Assembly (NCBI RefSeq): GCF_003334255.1
Contig: NZ_QOWU01000039.1
From: Escherichia coli
Lineage (GTDB): Bacteria > Pseudomonadota > Gammaproteobacteria > Enterobacterales > Enterobacteriaceae
DNA: 49,222 nt
Reading direction: 5' to 3' (one strand)
Position 1 is the stretch's first letter; the number at the start of each line of letters is the position of its first letter. The notes below the pieces were generated by a model. The model was not told the DNA's origin. It made no database searches and worked only from the letters and a program-made list of their open reading frames with translations. The translations under genes and the position numbers were made by a program. Below are positions 1-9,537 of this stretch, one piece after another.

Positions 1-77
1 AATCGGTGGAGCTGCATGACAAAGTCATCGGGCATTATCTGAACATAAAACACTATCAATAAGTTGGAGTCATTACC
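1..77 (+). mobile_element. IS1 right end (partial; window starts inside the element): 3' end of insB plus right terminal inverted repeat ending ...GTTGGAGTCATTACC
   Basis: Frame 3 of bases 3-62 translates to SVELHDKVIGHYLNIKHYQ*, the InsB C-terminus; bases ~55-77 match the IS1 terminal repeat as I recall it. Confidence 0.8.
3..62 (+). CDS. insB: IS1 transposase InsB, C-terminal fragment (5' end outside window)
   Basis: Translation SVELHDKVIGHYLNIKHYQ followed by TAA at 60-62. Confidence 0.75.
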   Translation, partial: SVELHDKVIGHYLNIKHYQ

Positions 78-1005
78 CTGCGTTCTCCACTAACGATATA
101 ACGTTGGCAATCGATAAATCGGGGTTATTGGTGTATTCACAGGAGAGCGCCATTGACGAACATCCCTGTGCGAAACGAACAGATTCGGCAAACGGCATTC
201 CGTCTACCCAACACGAAGCAAGTCCCGCCATCATGGCATCGCCCGCTCCGGTAACATTAATAACATTGGTTTTGATCGGCGCAGACCAGCCACTTTCACC
301 GCTGATATCGCTGTAATAAACGCCGTCGCCGCCCATGCTCAATACCAGTCGGTTCAGGCCATGTTGATGGAACCAGGCAGCAACTTTTGCCACATCTTCA
401 CGCCCTGACAGCGCAATCCCACTCAGGGTTTCCGCTTCAAGGCGGTTTGGCTTGAGAGTGTGGATCTGATTTAGACGGTCGCGCACTTTGACACATTTCC
501 ATGCCGAAACCGGATCGACAAATACGGGTACGTTGGCGGCATTATCCAGAATCCATGCCAGTGCCTCTTCACTGATATTACAGTCCGCGACAATGACCTT
601 TGCCCTCTGAATAAATTCACCGTGCTGTGCGAGATATTCAGCTGTAATAGCGTTGCTAATATTCATGTCATTTATAGCAACCAGCATTTCACCGGTATTA
701 TCGAGTAATGATAAATAACTCGACGTATTTTCTCCCGGCACAATCAGGCATTTATCGACATAAACGCCAGATTGATTGGTTTGCGTTAGCAGCGATTGAC
801 CATAAAAATCACTGCCTACGGCGCTCAGTAGCCAGGCTTTGTTACCCAGCAACGCCAGGTTTTGTGCAATATTGCGCCCTACTCCACCAGGCGTAAATTT
901 TATTTTACCTGGATTTGAATCCGCATAATTTAATGATTCATGTGAATATCCGGCGACATCAATATTCGCCGAACCTATAATTACGACATAATCCTTTTCG
1001 CGCAT
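73..1005 (-). CDS. psuK: Pseudouridine kinase (PfkB/ribokinase family); 310 aa here versus 313 aa recalled for K-12, 3' end replaced by IS1 sequence
   Basis: ORF track 73..1005; PfkB motifs GGVGRN and TGAGDAMMAG; N-terminus MREKDYVVIIGSANID; stop codon lies inside the IS1 repeat. Confidence 0.85.
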   Translation of the reverse strand: MREKDYVVIIGSANIDVAGYSHESLNYADSNPGKIKFTPGGVGRNIAQNLALLGNKAWLLSAVGSDFYGQSLLTQTNQSGVYVDKCLIVPGENTSSYLSLLDNTGEMLVAINDMNISNAITAEYLAQHGEFIQRAKVIVADCNISEEALAWILDNAANVPVFVDPVSAWKCVKVRDRLNQIHTLKPNRLEAETLSGIALSGREDVAKVAAWFHQHGLNRLVLSMGGDGVYYSDISGESGWSAPIKTNVINVTGAGDAMMAGLASCWVDGMPFAESVRFAQGCSSMALSCEYTNNPDLSIANVISLVENAG

Positions 1006-1072
1006 AGCACGTCCTCTGGTAAAAAATTACCAACCCTGTCAATCCACAAGAATATAGATACTGCAAAGACGG

Positions 1073-1108
1073 TTTAAACATGTGTTCATATTTAAACATG
1101 TGCTCATA
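1073..1108. repeat. Tandem 18-bp direct repeat TTTAAACATGTG(T/C)TCATA x2 in the psuK upstream region, each unit containing the palindromes TTTAAA and ACATGT
   Basis: Read directly: 1073-1090 and 1091-1108 are identical at 17 of 18 positions. Confidence 0.6.
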
Positions 1109-1242
1109 GTATGCATGTTTTACGTAAAGTAAATTACCGCCAGAGAGGCAAAATGGGCAGATTTGAGCAGGCTCACAAAATGCGATTAAATGCCTGAATT
1201 ACAAAAGCGAGGAATTTGTGACGGGATGCACAGAACAGAACA

Positions 1243-1271
1243 ATAAAAAAGGGCAGAAAATAATCTGCCCT
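1243..1271 (-). terminator. Intrinsic terminator, probably for fruBKA: stem GGGCAGA/TCTGCCC followed by a T-tract on the minus strand
   Basis: Inverted repeat 1251-1257/1265-1271 flanked by AAAAAA on the plus strand (T-run on minus). Confidence 0.55.
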
Positions 1272-1384
1272 TGAGGAAATAACCTGAGTGTTTGATGAAC
1301 GTTTGAAGTTTCTACTGAAAGATAAAACCATTTAAATTCATAAAATTACATTCACAAACCGGTCATTCTCTTTGCGCTCATCAA

Positions 1385-1417
1385 ATGTTACAGGACAGGA
1401 AATTTCTGCCCTGTAAC
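1385..1417 (-). terminator. Stem-loop immediately 3' of fruA (13-bp imperfect inverted repeat); possible terminator or RNA-stability element
   Basis: TGTTACAGGACAG ... CTGCCCTGTAACA, 11 nt downstream of the fruA stop. Confidence 0.4.
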
Positions 1418-1427
1418 ACACCTTTTA

Positions 1428-3119
1428 TTACGCTGCTTTCGCTACTGCGTCCACTTCCGGACGTTTCAGGAAGGCATAGGCCAAACCCGCCACCAGCGTA
1501 CCGGCAATAATTGCTACCAGGTAACCCAATACCGGCGTAATAGCGCCAGGGATCAGCAGAACAAACAGACCACCGTGCGGTGCCATCAGTTTCGCACCAA
1601 TCGCCATTGAGATTGCGCCAGTCAGCGCCCCACCCACGATACAGCACGGCAGCACACGCATCGGATCACGAGCAGCAAACGGAATTGCACCTTCCGAAAT
1701 GAAGCACAGTCCCAATACCAGAGCGGCTTTGCCACCTTCCTGCTGCGCTTTGTCGAATTTGCGACGCGCCACCATTGTTGCCAGACCCATTGCCAGCGGT
1801 GGCACCATACCTGCCGCCATAATCGCCGCCATCGGGCCATAGGTTTGAGTACTCAGCAGACCCACACCGAATGCGTACGCTGCTTTGTTTACCGGACCGC
1901 CCATGTCAGTACACATCATGCCACCGAGGATCGCCCCCAGCAGAACCGCATTCGCAGTCCCCATGGTCTGCAGCCAGTGAGTCAGCCCTTCGAGAATGCC
2001 AGCAACTGGTTTACCGATCAGGTAGATCATCGCCAGACCGACCACCAGACTGGAAATTAGCGGAATGATCAGGATCGGTTTCAGCGCCTCCATACTCTGT
2101 GGCAGTTTCAATTGCGTACTGATTAACTTCGCAATGTAACCAGCCAGGAAGCCCGCAATAATACCACCAATGAAGCCAGAACCGGTGCTGACCGCCAGCA
2201 TACCGCCAATCAGACCCGGAGTGAGGCCCGGACGATCGGCAATGGAAAAGGCAATATAACCTGCCAGTACCGGCACCATCAGCGCAAAGGCTGAACCACC
2301 ACCAATCTGCATCAGCGCCGCAGCCAACGTACCCGGCTCTTTAAACGCTTCGATACCAAAAGCAAAAGAAAGCGCGATACACAGACCACCTGCAACGACC
2401 ATCGGCAGCATGTAAGAAACGCCCGTCAGCAAGTGACGGTATGCGCCTGCACTCTCTTTCTTACTTTCAGTGGTCGCCGTTTGAGCTTTGCCCGCCGGTT
2501 CATACGGCGTTGCTTCAGCAACCGCTTTATCCAGTTCCTGCGCGGTTTTCTTCAGCGCCAGACCGGTAGAGGTACGATACATCGGTTTACCAGCAAATTT
2601 CGCCAGATCCACTTCGATATCTGCCGCCACAATCACCAGATCCGCTGCTGCGACTTCTTCGGGAGTGATTGCATTACCCGCGCCAACAGAACCACGGGTT
2701 TCAACTTTCACCCACCAGCCACGTTTTTTCGCTTCGGTTTCAATGGCTTCAGCCGCCATAAAGGTGTGTGCTACGCCAGTCGGGCAAGCAGTCACCGCAA
2801 CTACGCGTTTCGGACCGCTGGCGGCAACTGGTGCTGTCGCAGCGACCGGCGCAGTGTAAGGTTTCGCATGGCCTTTGGCTTCACTCAGGAACAGCTCAGG
2901 GTGCGCAACTGCCCGGGAAATATCGCCCAGCCAGACATTTTTACCGTTCAGCGCGCTGTCGTTCGGGATGGAATCACCGAGAACAATCGCCATTTCAGCG
3001 TCGTTCGGATTGTCGATGATTTCCAGTTTTGCTTTTCGCGCCGCCGCGCCCAGCAGGGTCTTCGCCATATAGGCGCGTGCCTGACCGAGATTAGCGTCAA
3101 TAATCAGCAGCGTTTTCAT
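1428..3119 (-). CDS. fruA: PTS fructose-specific EIIB'BC component
   Basis: 563-aa ORF; membrane EIIC domain and duplicated EIIB region; synteny with fruK and fruB. Confidence 0.95.
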   Translation of the reverse strand: MKTLLIIDANLGQARAYMAKTLLGAAARKAKLEIIDNPNDAEMAIVLGDSIPNDSALNGKNVWLGDISRAVAHPELFLSEAKGHAKPYTAPVAATAPVAASGPKRVVAVTACPTGVAHTFMAAEAIETEAKKRGWWVKVETRGSVGAGNAITPEEVAAADLVIVAADIEVDLAKFAGKPMYRTSTGLALKKTAQELDKAVAEATPYEPAGKAQTATTESKKESAGAYRHLLTGVSYMLPMVVAGGLCIALSFAFGIEAFKEPGTLAAALMQIGGGSAFALMVPVLAGYIAFSIADRPGLTPGLIGGMLAVSTGSGFIGGIIAGFLAGYIAKLISTQLKLPQSMEALKPILIIPLISSLVVGLAMIYLIGKPVAGILEGLTHWLQTMGTANAVLLGAILGGMMCTDMGGPVNKAAYAFGVGLLSTQTYGPMAAIMAAGMVPPLAMGLATMVARRKFDKAQQEGGKAALVLGLCFISEGAIPFAARDPMRVLPCCIVGGALTGAISMAIGAKLMAPHGGLFVLLIPGAITPVLGYLVAIIAGTLVAGLAYAFLKRPEVDAVAKAA

Positions 3120-3135
3120 TATGCCTCTCCTGCTG

Positions 3136-4074
3136 TCAGTTAAAAGGTTGTAAGTCGACGCGCGCCATCATTGCGGCCAACTGCGGACGATCGGTAATAC
3201 CCACATTGCTTTGACTTACCGCCAGGGCTGCAACAGCTGTCGCCAGACGCAGTGTGTGTTCACTGGATTCACGCATCAGCAAGCCATAAATCAGGCCACC
3301 AACCATAGAATCCCCTGCGCCAACGGTGCTTACGACATCGACTGACGGTGGTTTGGCGATCCATTCGCCGGAGGCATTAACCCAAAGCGCGCCTTCGGCA
3401 CCCAGTGAAATAACAACATGCGCGATGCCTTGTTCACGTAGCGCATGTGCAGCTTCAATCACATCTTTCATTTCAGGCAGTTTACGGCCTGCCCAGATTT
3501 CCAGCTCGCGGCGGTTAGGTTTCACCAGCCACGGTGCCGCTTTCAAACCTGCTACTAACGCTTCACGGCTACTATCAAAGATAATGCAAGGACACTGACT
3601 ACGCAGGCGAGTCATCCAGTCGGTGAACGCTTCCGGGCTGACGCCTGACGGTAAGCTTCCGCTGACACAGACCATATCGAACTGACCGAGCCAGCTCAGA
3701 GAATCAGTCACAAAGCGTTCCCAGTCGGCGGGGGTGACTTCAAAACCCGAGAAGTTGAAGTCGGTCACTTCGCCGTCTTTTTCCGTCAGCTTAACGTTAA
3801 TTCGGGTGCGCCCCTGTACAACCTGGAAACGGTTGGCAATGCCCAGCTCGCTGAACAGTTGCTGAAAACCATCCTGATTGTCTTTACCCAGGAAGCCGCC
3901 AACGGTGACATCAATTCCCAGGTCTTTTAATACTTTGGCCACGTTGATGCCTTTACCCGCCGCATGCAGACCGGTGGTTTTCACCAGGTTCACTTCGCCG
4001 CGTTCAATTTCCGGGCAGAAACCAACAAGGTCATAAGCCGGATTAAGGGTGATAGTAGCAACACGTCTGCTCAT
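3136..4074 (-). CDS. fruK: 1-phosphofructokinase (PfkB family)
   Basis: 312-aa ORF; start [15 protein letters not shown]; operon position between fruB and fruA. Confidence 0.95.
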   Translation of the reverse strand: MSRRVATITLNPAYDLVGFCPEIERGEVNLVKTTGLHAAGKGINVAKVLKDLGIDVTVGGFLGKDNQDGFQQLFSELGIANRFQVVQGRTRINVKLTEKDGEVTDFNFSGFEVTPADWERFVTDSLSWLGQFDMVCVSGSLPSGVSPEAFTDWMTRLRSQCPCIIFDSSREALVAGLKAAPWLVKPNRRELEIWAGRKLPEMKDVIEAAHALREQGIAHVVISLGAEGALWVNASGEWIAKPPSVDVVSTVGAGDSMVGGLIYGLLMRESSEHTLRLATAVAALAVSQSNVGITDRPQLAAMMARVDLQPFN

Positions 4075-5204
4075 TATGCGCCCTCCCCAAGACCAGCAGC
4101 GATAGCGTCGCCGATTGCTTTCAGCGCCTGTTCAGCATCTGCACCCTGGGCGGTAAAGCGTAGGCGATGACCTTTCTTAACGCCAAGTGCCACAACTTTC
4201 ATCAGACTACGTCCGTTTGCCGGTTTGCCGGTACCATCAAGGTTTGTCACGGTAATATCACTGTTAAATTGTTTAATGGTATTGACCAGCATGGTACCTG
4301 GACGAGCATGCAGGCCGTGTTCATTGCGCACCACAAACTCCGCGCTTAACACGTCGTCGGTCGGCGCATCATCGCTGGTCAGCAGCGCCAGCAACGTTGC
4401 CGCATCCGCTTTCAGCAAGCGGTCAGCTTTATTGTCGAGCAATAAATCAGCGAGACGCTTAAGAACCGCGATGGGCTGATCGTCATTCATCGCCACACTC
4501 ACCAGCATGGCTGCCGTTTCGCCGTCCACATCAAAAGCATTTGCCGCACGGCTTACCGCAATCGCGCTACGCAGATTGCCTTCGGCGCTATCGCTCAGCC
4601 AGATACCCTGTCCGAGATTCAGCGGTTGTTCATTGATGGCTTTGGTGACGAAAGTGGCGTCAACTGCCCCCGCCTCTTTCAGACGCGCAGCGTTCAGCGC
4701 CTGAAGAGTCAGCAGATCGCTGGCGACGATATCCAGTGTCAGCATTTCGTTGTCGAGCTTCAGCTGCTCACTCTGCTTTTCGCCCATCAGTAATGCGCGA
4801 AGTTCTTCTGCTGTTGTTGCTGACTTCAGTTGTTCAGCAACGGAATCATCGCTCAGTACGTGGGTCAGCTGGCGTAGCAGGCCCAGATGTTCATCCGAGC
4901 TGGCAGCAATACCGATTGCCACGTACGCTACCTGACCGTCACCCCAGGTGACGCCTTCCGGGAACTGAAATACCTGAACGCCGGTTTTCAGCACCTGATC
5001 GCGGGTGTCGGTAGTGCCGTGTGGAATAGCAATACCATTGCCGAGGAACGTTGAGGTTTGCTGTTCGCGCGCCAGCATGCCATTGACGTAGCCTTCTGCT
5101 ACATTACCGGCCTGCACCAGCGCCGCAGCGACCTGGCGAATCGCCTCTTCTTTGTCTCCGGCCTTTTCGCCCGGATGGATGTCCTGTACGGATAACTGGA
5201 ACAT
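4074..5204 (-). CDS. fruB: Fructose PTS diphosphoryl transfer protein (EIIA-Fru/FPr fusion)
   Basis: 376-aa ORF; HPr-like C-terminal domain; overlaps fruK start by 1 nt. Confidence 0.95.
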
Positions 5205-5218
5205 AGTTCTCCTCTCTT

Positions 5219-5239
5219 GCTGAATTGAAACGATTCAGC
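5219..5239. promoter_or_regulatory. Cra(FruR)-type operator-like palindrome GCTGAAT-TGAAACG-ATTCAGC in the fruB leader
   Basis: Perfect 7-bp inverted arms read directly; contains TGAAACGATTCA resembling the Cra box; 15-35 bp upstream of the fruB ATG. Confidence 0.5.
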
Positions 5240-5290
5240 CTCTATGAGAAAAAAAGCGCCAACCTGGCTTAGGGTTAAAGACAAGATCGC

Positions 5291-5306
5291 GCTGAAACGT
5301 TTCAAG
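5291..5306. promoter_or_regulatory. Cra(FruR) operator GCTGAAACGTTTCAAG in the fruBKA promoter
   Basis: Contains the perfect palindrome TGAAACGTTTCA; matches the known Cra consensus as I recall it. Confidence 0.65.
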
Positions 5307-5399
5307 AAAGCATAATACTTCTGTTTCAGCACGCAAGGAAAGCCGTAAAGTTATGAGCAAAAGTTTGATGTGCTGCACAATTTTTTGCCATTTTTCCTA

Positions 5400-5430
5400 A
5401 TTGCTGATGGGAAAATCCGTTATCAGCAAT
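5400..5430. promoter_or_regulatory. Perfect 9-bp inverted repeat ATTGCTGAT-N13-ATCAGCAAT in the fruB/setB divergent region; candidate operator
   Basis: Read directly from sequence. Confidence 0.35.
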
Positions 5431-5571
5431 TTCATTTCAGCAGCGTCAGCAGCCAATCAGCAACAGTGAAATGGCATTTTGACTATTCGTGGCGCTTTTG
5501 ATTTCGCTGTCTGTTTATTTTCTGACAAGCAGCGTAAACTCCGCGTCTTCCTCTTCCAGTGATCGACCAGC

Positions 5572-6753
5572 ATGCATAACTCCCCCGCAGTCTCCAGCGC
5601 GAAATCGTTTGACCTGACCTCGACGGCGTTTTTAATCGTTGCCTTTCTCACCGGTATTGCGGGCGCTCTGCAAACCCCGACACTCAGTATTTTTCTTACC
5701 GATGAAGTACATGCCCGTCCGGCGATGGTGGGATTCTTCTTTACCGGCAGCGCTGTCATTGGGATTCTGGTAAGTCAGTTTCTCGCCGGGCGCTCTGATA
5801 AGCGCGGCGATCGCAAATCGCTGATTGTCTTTTGCTGCCTGTTAGGCGTGCTGGCCTGCACCCTTTTTGCCTGGAATCGCAACTACTTTGTTTTGCTATT
5901 CGTTGGCGTCTTTCTTAGCAGCTTTGGCTCGACCGCTAACCCGCAAATGTTTGCCCTTGCCCGTGAACATGCCGACAAAACCGGACGTGAGGCGGTGATG
6001 TTCAGCTCTTTTTTACGCGCTCAGGTTTCACTGGCATGGGTCATTGGCCCACCGCTGGCTTATGCCTTAGCGATGGGTTTCAGCTTTACGGTAATGTATC
6101 TGAGCGCAGCGGTAGCGTTTATTGTTTGCGGTGTGATGGTGTGGCTGTTTTTACCGTCGATGCAAAAAGAGCTTCCGCTGGCGACCGGCACGATCGAAGC
6201 GCCGCGCCGTAACCGTCGCGATACGCTGCTGCTGTTTGTCATTTGTACATTGATGTGGGGCTCGAACAGCCTGTACATCATCAACATGCCGCTATTTATT
6301 ATCAACGAACTGCATCTTCCCGAGAAACTGGCCGGTGTGATGATGGGGACCGCCGCCGGGCTGGAAATCCCGACGATGTTGATTGCCGGATATTTCGCCA
6401 AACGTCTGGGTAAGCGTTTCTTAATGCGCGTTGCTGCCGTGGGTGGCGTCTGTTTTTACGCAGGAATGCTGATGGCGCATTCACCTGTCATTCTGTTGGG
6501 CTTGCAGCTGCTAAATGCTATTTTTATTGGCATTCTGGGCGGCATCGGGATGCTCTATTTTCAGGATCTGATGCCCGGTCAGGCGGGTTCAGCCACCACG
6601 CTCTATACCAACACTTCGCGCGTGGGCTGGATCATCGCAGGATCAGTGGCGGGCATCGTCGCCGAGATCTGGAATTATCACGCTGTGTTCTGGTTTGCGA
6701 TGGTGATGATTATCGCCACTCTGTTTTGCTTACTGCGGATTAAAGATGTTTAA
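5572..6753 (+). CDS. setB: MFS sugar efflux transporter SetB
   Basis: 393-aa ORF with multiple hydrophobic segments; synteny. Confidence 0.9.
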
Positions 6754-7004
6754 GGCGCGGTCAGCATTTCCAGATCGATAAGCCAGGTCATGGCCTGCTG
6801 ACGCGAGTTACCGCACATTTCAGCGCTGGCTTGTAAGCCTGCACAGACTTTCGGTCGCAGTGGCGAGGTGAAAATTTTACAGCGTTGCTGTTCATCAAGC
6901 TGAATGCAGGGCGTATTGGCGGGCTTGCCATCTGGCATACCGGGAATAGGGCTGGAAATTGAAGGGGCAGTGCAACACGCCCCGCAACCCGGACGGCATT
7001 CCAT
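6750..7004 (-). CDS. yeiW: Small cysteine-cluster protein (UPF0153 family), 84 aa
   Basis: Internal start [11 protein letters not shown] chosen within the 128-aa ORF 6750..7136; Cys-rich; expected size 84 aa. Confidence 0.75.
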
Positions 7005-7158
7005 ACGTTGTTCTCTTAAGGTTAACCACCGGATTGATGAGCGCGCACAGTACCACCTTTTTTGCACCAGCAAAAGTGCGAATACCACTTGCCCGAAAGG
7101 CCCGTCGCGAGTACTTTGTCGCGATATTTTTGACATTTTCGACTACAGGAATTTTTCG

Positions 7159-7731
7159 ATGCCAAGAGCGAACGAAATTAAAAAAGGTATGGTACTGAAT
7201 TACAACGGCAAACTGCTGCTGGTTAAGGATATTGATATTCAGTCGCCCACTGCCCGCGGTGCCGCTACGCTGTACAAAATGCGTTTTTCTGATGTCCGTA
7301 CCGGGCTGAAAGTAGAAGAGCGTTTCAAAGGTGATGATATCGTTGACACCGTGACGCTGACCCGCCGTTACGTTGACTTCTCCTATGTCGATGGCAACGA
7401 ATATGTCTTTATGGATAAAGAAGACTATACCCCGTATACCTTCACCAAAGATCAGATTGAAGAAGAGTTGCTGTTTATGCCAGAGGGCGGCATGCCGGAC
7501 ATGCAGGTGCTGACCTGGGACGGTCAACTGCTGGCGCTTGAGCTGCCGCAGACCGTTGATCTGGAAATCGTTGAAACCGCACCAGGCATCAAAGGGGCAT
7601 CTGCCAGCGCCCGTAACAAACCGGCGACATTGAGCACTGGTCTGGTGATTCAGGTACCAGAATACTTAAGCCCGGGCGAAAAAATTCGTATCCATATCGA
7701 AGAACGCCGTTATATGGGGCGTGCTGACTAA
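7159..7731 (+). CDS. yeiP: Elongation factor P-like protein (EfpL/YeiP), 190 aa
   Basis: Start [20 protein letters not shown] within the longer ORF 6904..7731; EF-P fold-like sequence. Confidence 0.9.
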
Positions 7732-7749
7732 CTTCAGCCGCATGCAGAA

Positions 7750-7780
7750 AAGGGATAGCTCAGGCTGTCCCTTTTTTAAT
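7750..7780 (+). terminator. Intrinsic terminator after yeiP
   Basis: Stem GGGATAGC/GCTGTCCC, loop TCAG, followed by TTTTTT. Confidence 0.6.
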
Positions 7781-7953
7781 TTATTATACCAATCTTCTAT
7801 TTTGCGCTTCCTGAACACCTTACGCCCTCAATTTTCACTCGTTGATTGATCGCCCTCACACTTCATCGCATTAACAATCCAGACCAATTTCAATTGCTGT
7901 CATATAACTTTACACTGTCGTTGTTAATTAATCGTTACTAAGACGTGACTCCT

Positions 7954-9420
7954 ATGAATACAATCGCCTCCGTTACGCTCCCGCATCATGTACGCGCTCC
8001 ACGCTATGATCGCCAGCAGTTGCAATCACGTATCGTTCATTTTGGCTTTGGAGCCTTTCACCGCGCTCATCAGGCGTTACTGACCGATCGTGTGCTGAAT
8101 GCCCAGGGCGGCGACTGGGGGATCTGTGAAATCAGCTTGTTCAGCGGTGATCAACTGATGAGCCAGCTCCGCGCACAGAACCATTTATATACCGTGCTGG
8201 AGAAAGGTGCGGACGGCAATCAGGTGATAATTGTCGGTGCCGTTCACGAATGCCTTAATGCAAAACTGGATTCCTTAGCGGCAATTATTGAGAAATTTTG
8301 CGAGCCACAGGTGGCAATTGTTTCCCTGACGATTACCGAAAAAGGCTATTGTATTGACCCGGCCACCGGTGCACTCGACACCAGTAATCCGCGGATTATT
8401 CACGATCTACAAACCCCTGAAGAACCTCACTCCGCACCGGGTATTCTCGTCGAAGCACTGAAACGCCGCCGTGAGCGCGGCCTTACACCGTTTACCGTGC
8501 TCTCCTGCGACAATATTCCCGACAATGGTCATGTGGTGAAAAACGCGGTGCTGGGAATGGCAGAAAAACGTTCGCCAGAACTCGCCGGGTGGATAAAAGA
8601 GCACGTCAGTTTTCCGGGAACCATGGTCGACCGCATTGTTCCGGCTGCAACCGACGAATCACTGGTGGAAATCAGCCAGCATCTGGGGGTGAATGATCCC
8701 TGCGCGATTAGCTGCGAACCGTTTATCCAGTGGGTGGTGGAAGATAACTTCGTCGCTGGGCGTCCTGCCTGGGAAGTCGCAGGTGTACAAATGGTGAATG
8801 ATGTCCTGCCATGGGAAGAGATGAAACTGCGGATGCTTAATGGCAGCCACTCTTTTCTCGCTTATCTGGGTTACCTCTCAGGATTCGCCCATATCAGTGA
8901 TTGCATGCAGGATCGCGCATTTCGCCATGCCGCCAGAACATTAATGCTGGATGAGCAAGCGCCGACACTGCAAATTAAAGATGTCGATTTAACACAATAT
9001 GCGGATAAGTTAATTGCACGTTTTGCTAATCCGGCGCTGAAACATAAGACCTGGCAAATCGCGATGGATGGCAGCCAGAAATTACCGCAACGCATGCTGG
9101 CAGGTATTCGCATACATCAGGGGCGCGAAACGGACTGGTCGTTGCTGGCATTAGGCGTTGCAGGCTGGATGCGTTACGTCAGCGGCGTTGATGATGCCGG
9201 AAATGCCATTGATGTTCGCGATCCGCTTAGCGATAAAATTCGCGAACTTGTTGCGGGCAGCAGCAGTGAACAACGCGTAACCGCCCTGCTTTCCCTGCGT
9301 GAAGTTTTCGGTGATGATCTGCCAGATAACCCGCATTTTGTGCAGGCCATCGAACAAGCCTGGCAACAAATCGTACAATTCGGCGCACATCAGGCGCTAT
9401 TAAACACCCTCAAAATTTAA
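7954..9420 (+). CDS. yeiQ: Putative NAD-dependent oxidoreductase, mannitol dehydrogenase family, 488 aa
   Basis: ATG at 7954 within ORF 7945..9420; synteny. Confidence 0.85.
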   Translation: MNTIASVTLPHHVRAPRYDRQQLQSRIVHFGFGAFHRAHQALLTDRVLNAQGGDWGICEISLFSGDQLMSQLRAQNHLYTVLEKGADGNQVIIVGAVHECLNAKLDSLAAIIEKFCEPQVAIVSLTITEKGYCIDPATGALDTSNPRIIHDLQTPEEPHSAPGILVEALKRRRERGLTPFTVLSCDNIPDNGHVVKNAVLGMAEKRSPELAGWIKEHVSFPGTMVDRIVPAATDESLVEISQHLGVNDPCAISCEPFIQWVVEDNFVAGRPAWEVAGVQMVNDVLPWEEMKLRMLNGSHSFLAYLGYLSGFAHISDCMQDRAFRHAARTLMLDEQAPTLQIKDVDLTQYADKLIARFANPALKHKTWQIAMDGSQKLPQRMLAGIRIHQGRETDWSLLALGVAGWMRYVSGVDDAGNAIDVRDPLSDKIRELVAGSSSEQRVTALLSLREVFGDDLPDNPHFVQAIEQAWQQIVQFGAHQALLNTLKI

Positions 9421-9537
9421 CGATTTCTGCGGTTAAAGCGGATGAAGCTCACCTTCGTCCGCTCTCCCCTTCTCTTTTCTGCCTTTTTTAGCCAGGATTA
9501 ACGCTCAGTTAACTTACCAGAGTATTGCGGAGCCGTT

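Noticed and set aside
1-72. Expected 5' end of psuG downstream of psuK
   Set aside because: The sequence here is IS1 (InsB C-terminus and terminal repeat), not psuG; no psuG start is present in the window
2433-3143. 236-aa plus-strand ORF antisense to fruA; similar long antisense ORFs at 6895-7527, 33973-34722, 42397-43296 and 47695-48186
   Set aside because: Each lies entirely inside a well-supported gene on the other strand, has no plausible ribosome-binding site, and has Arg/Ser/Cys-rich composition typical of shadow ORFs
6750-7136. Longest-ORF starts that extend known genes (yeiW 128 aa, yeiP 275 aa, lpxT 249 aa, yejF 545 aa, rplY 126 aa, narP 225 aa, ccmC 253 aa, napB 156 aa, eco 169 aa)
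   Set aside because: Internal ATG starts that give the expected protein sizes, signal peptides or ribosome-binding sites were preferred; the upstream extensions overlap neighbouring genes or promoters
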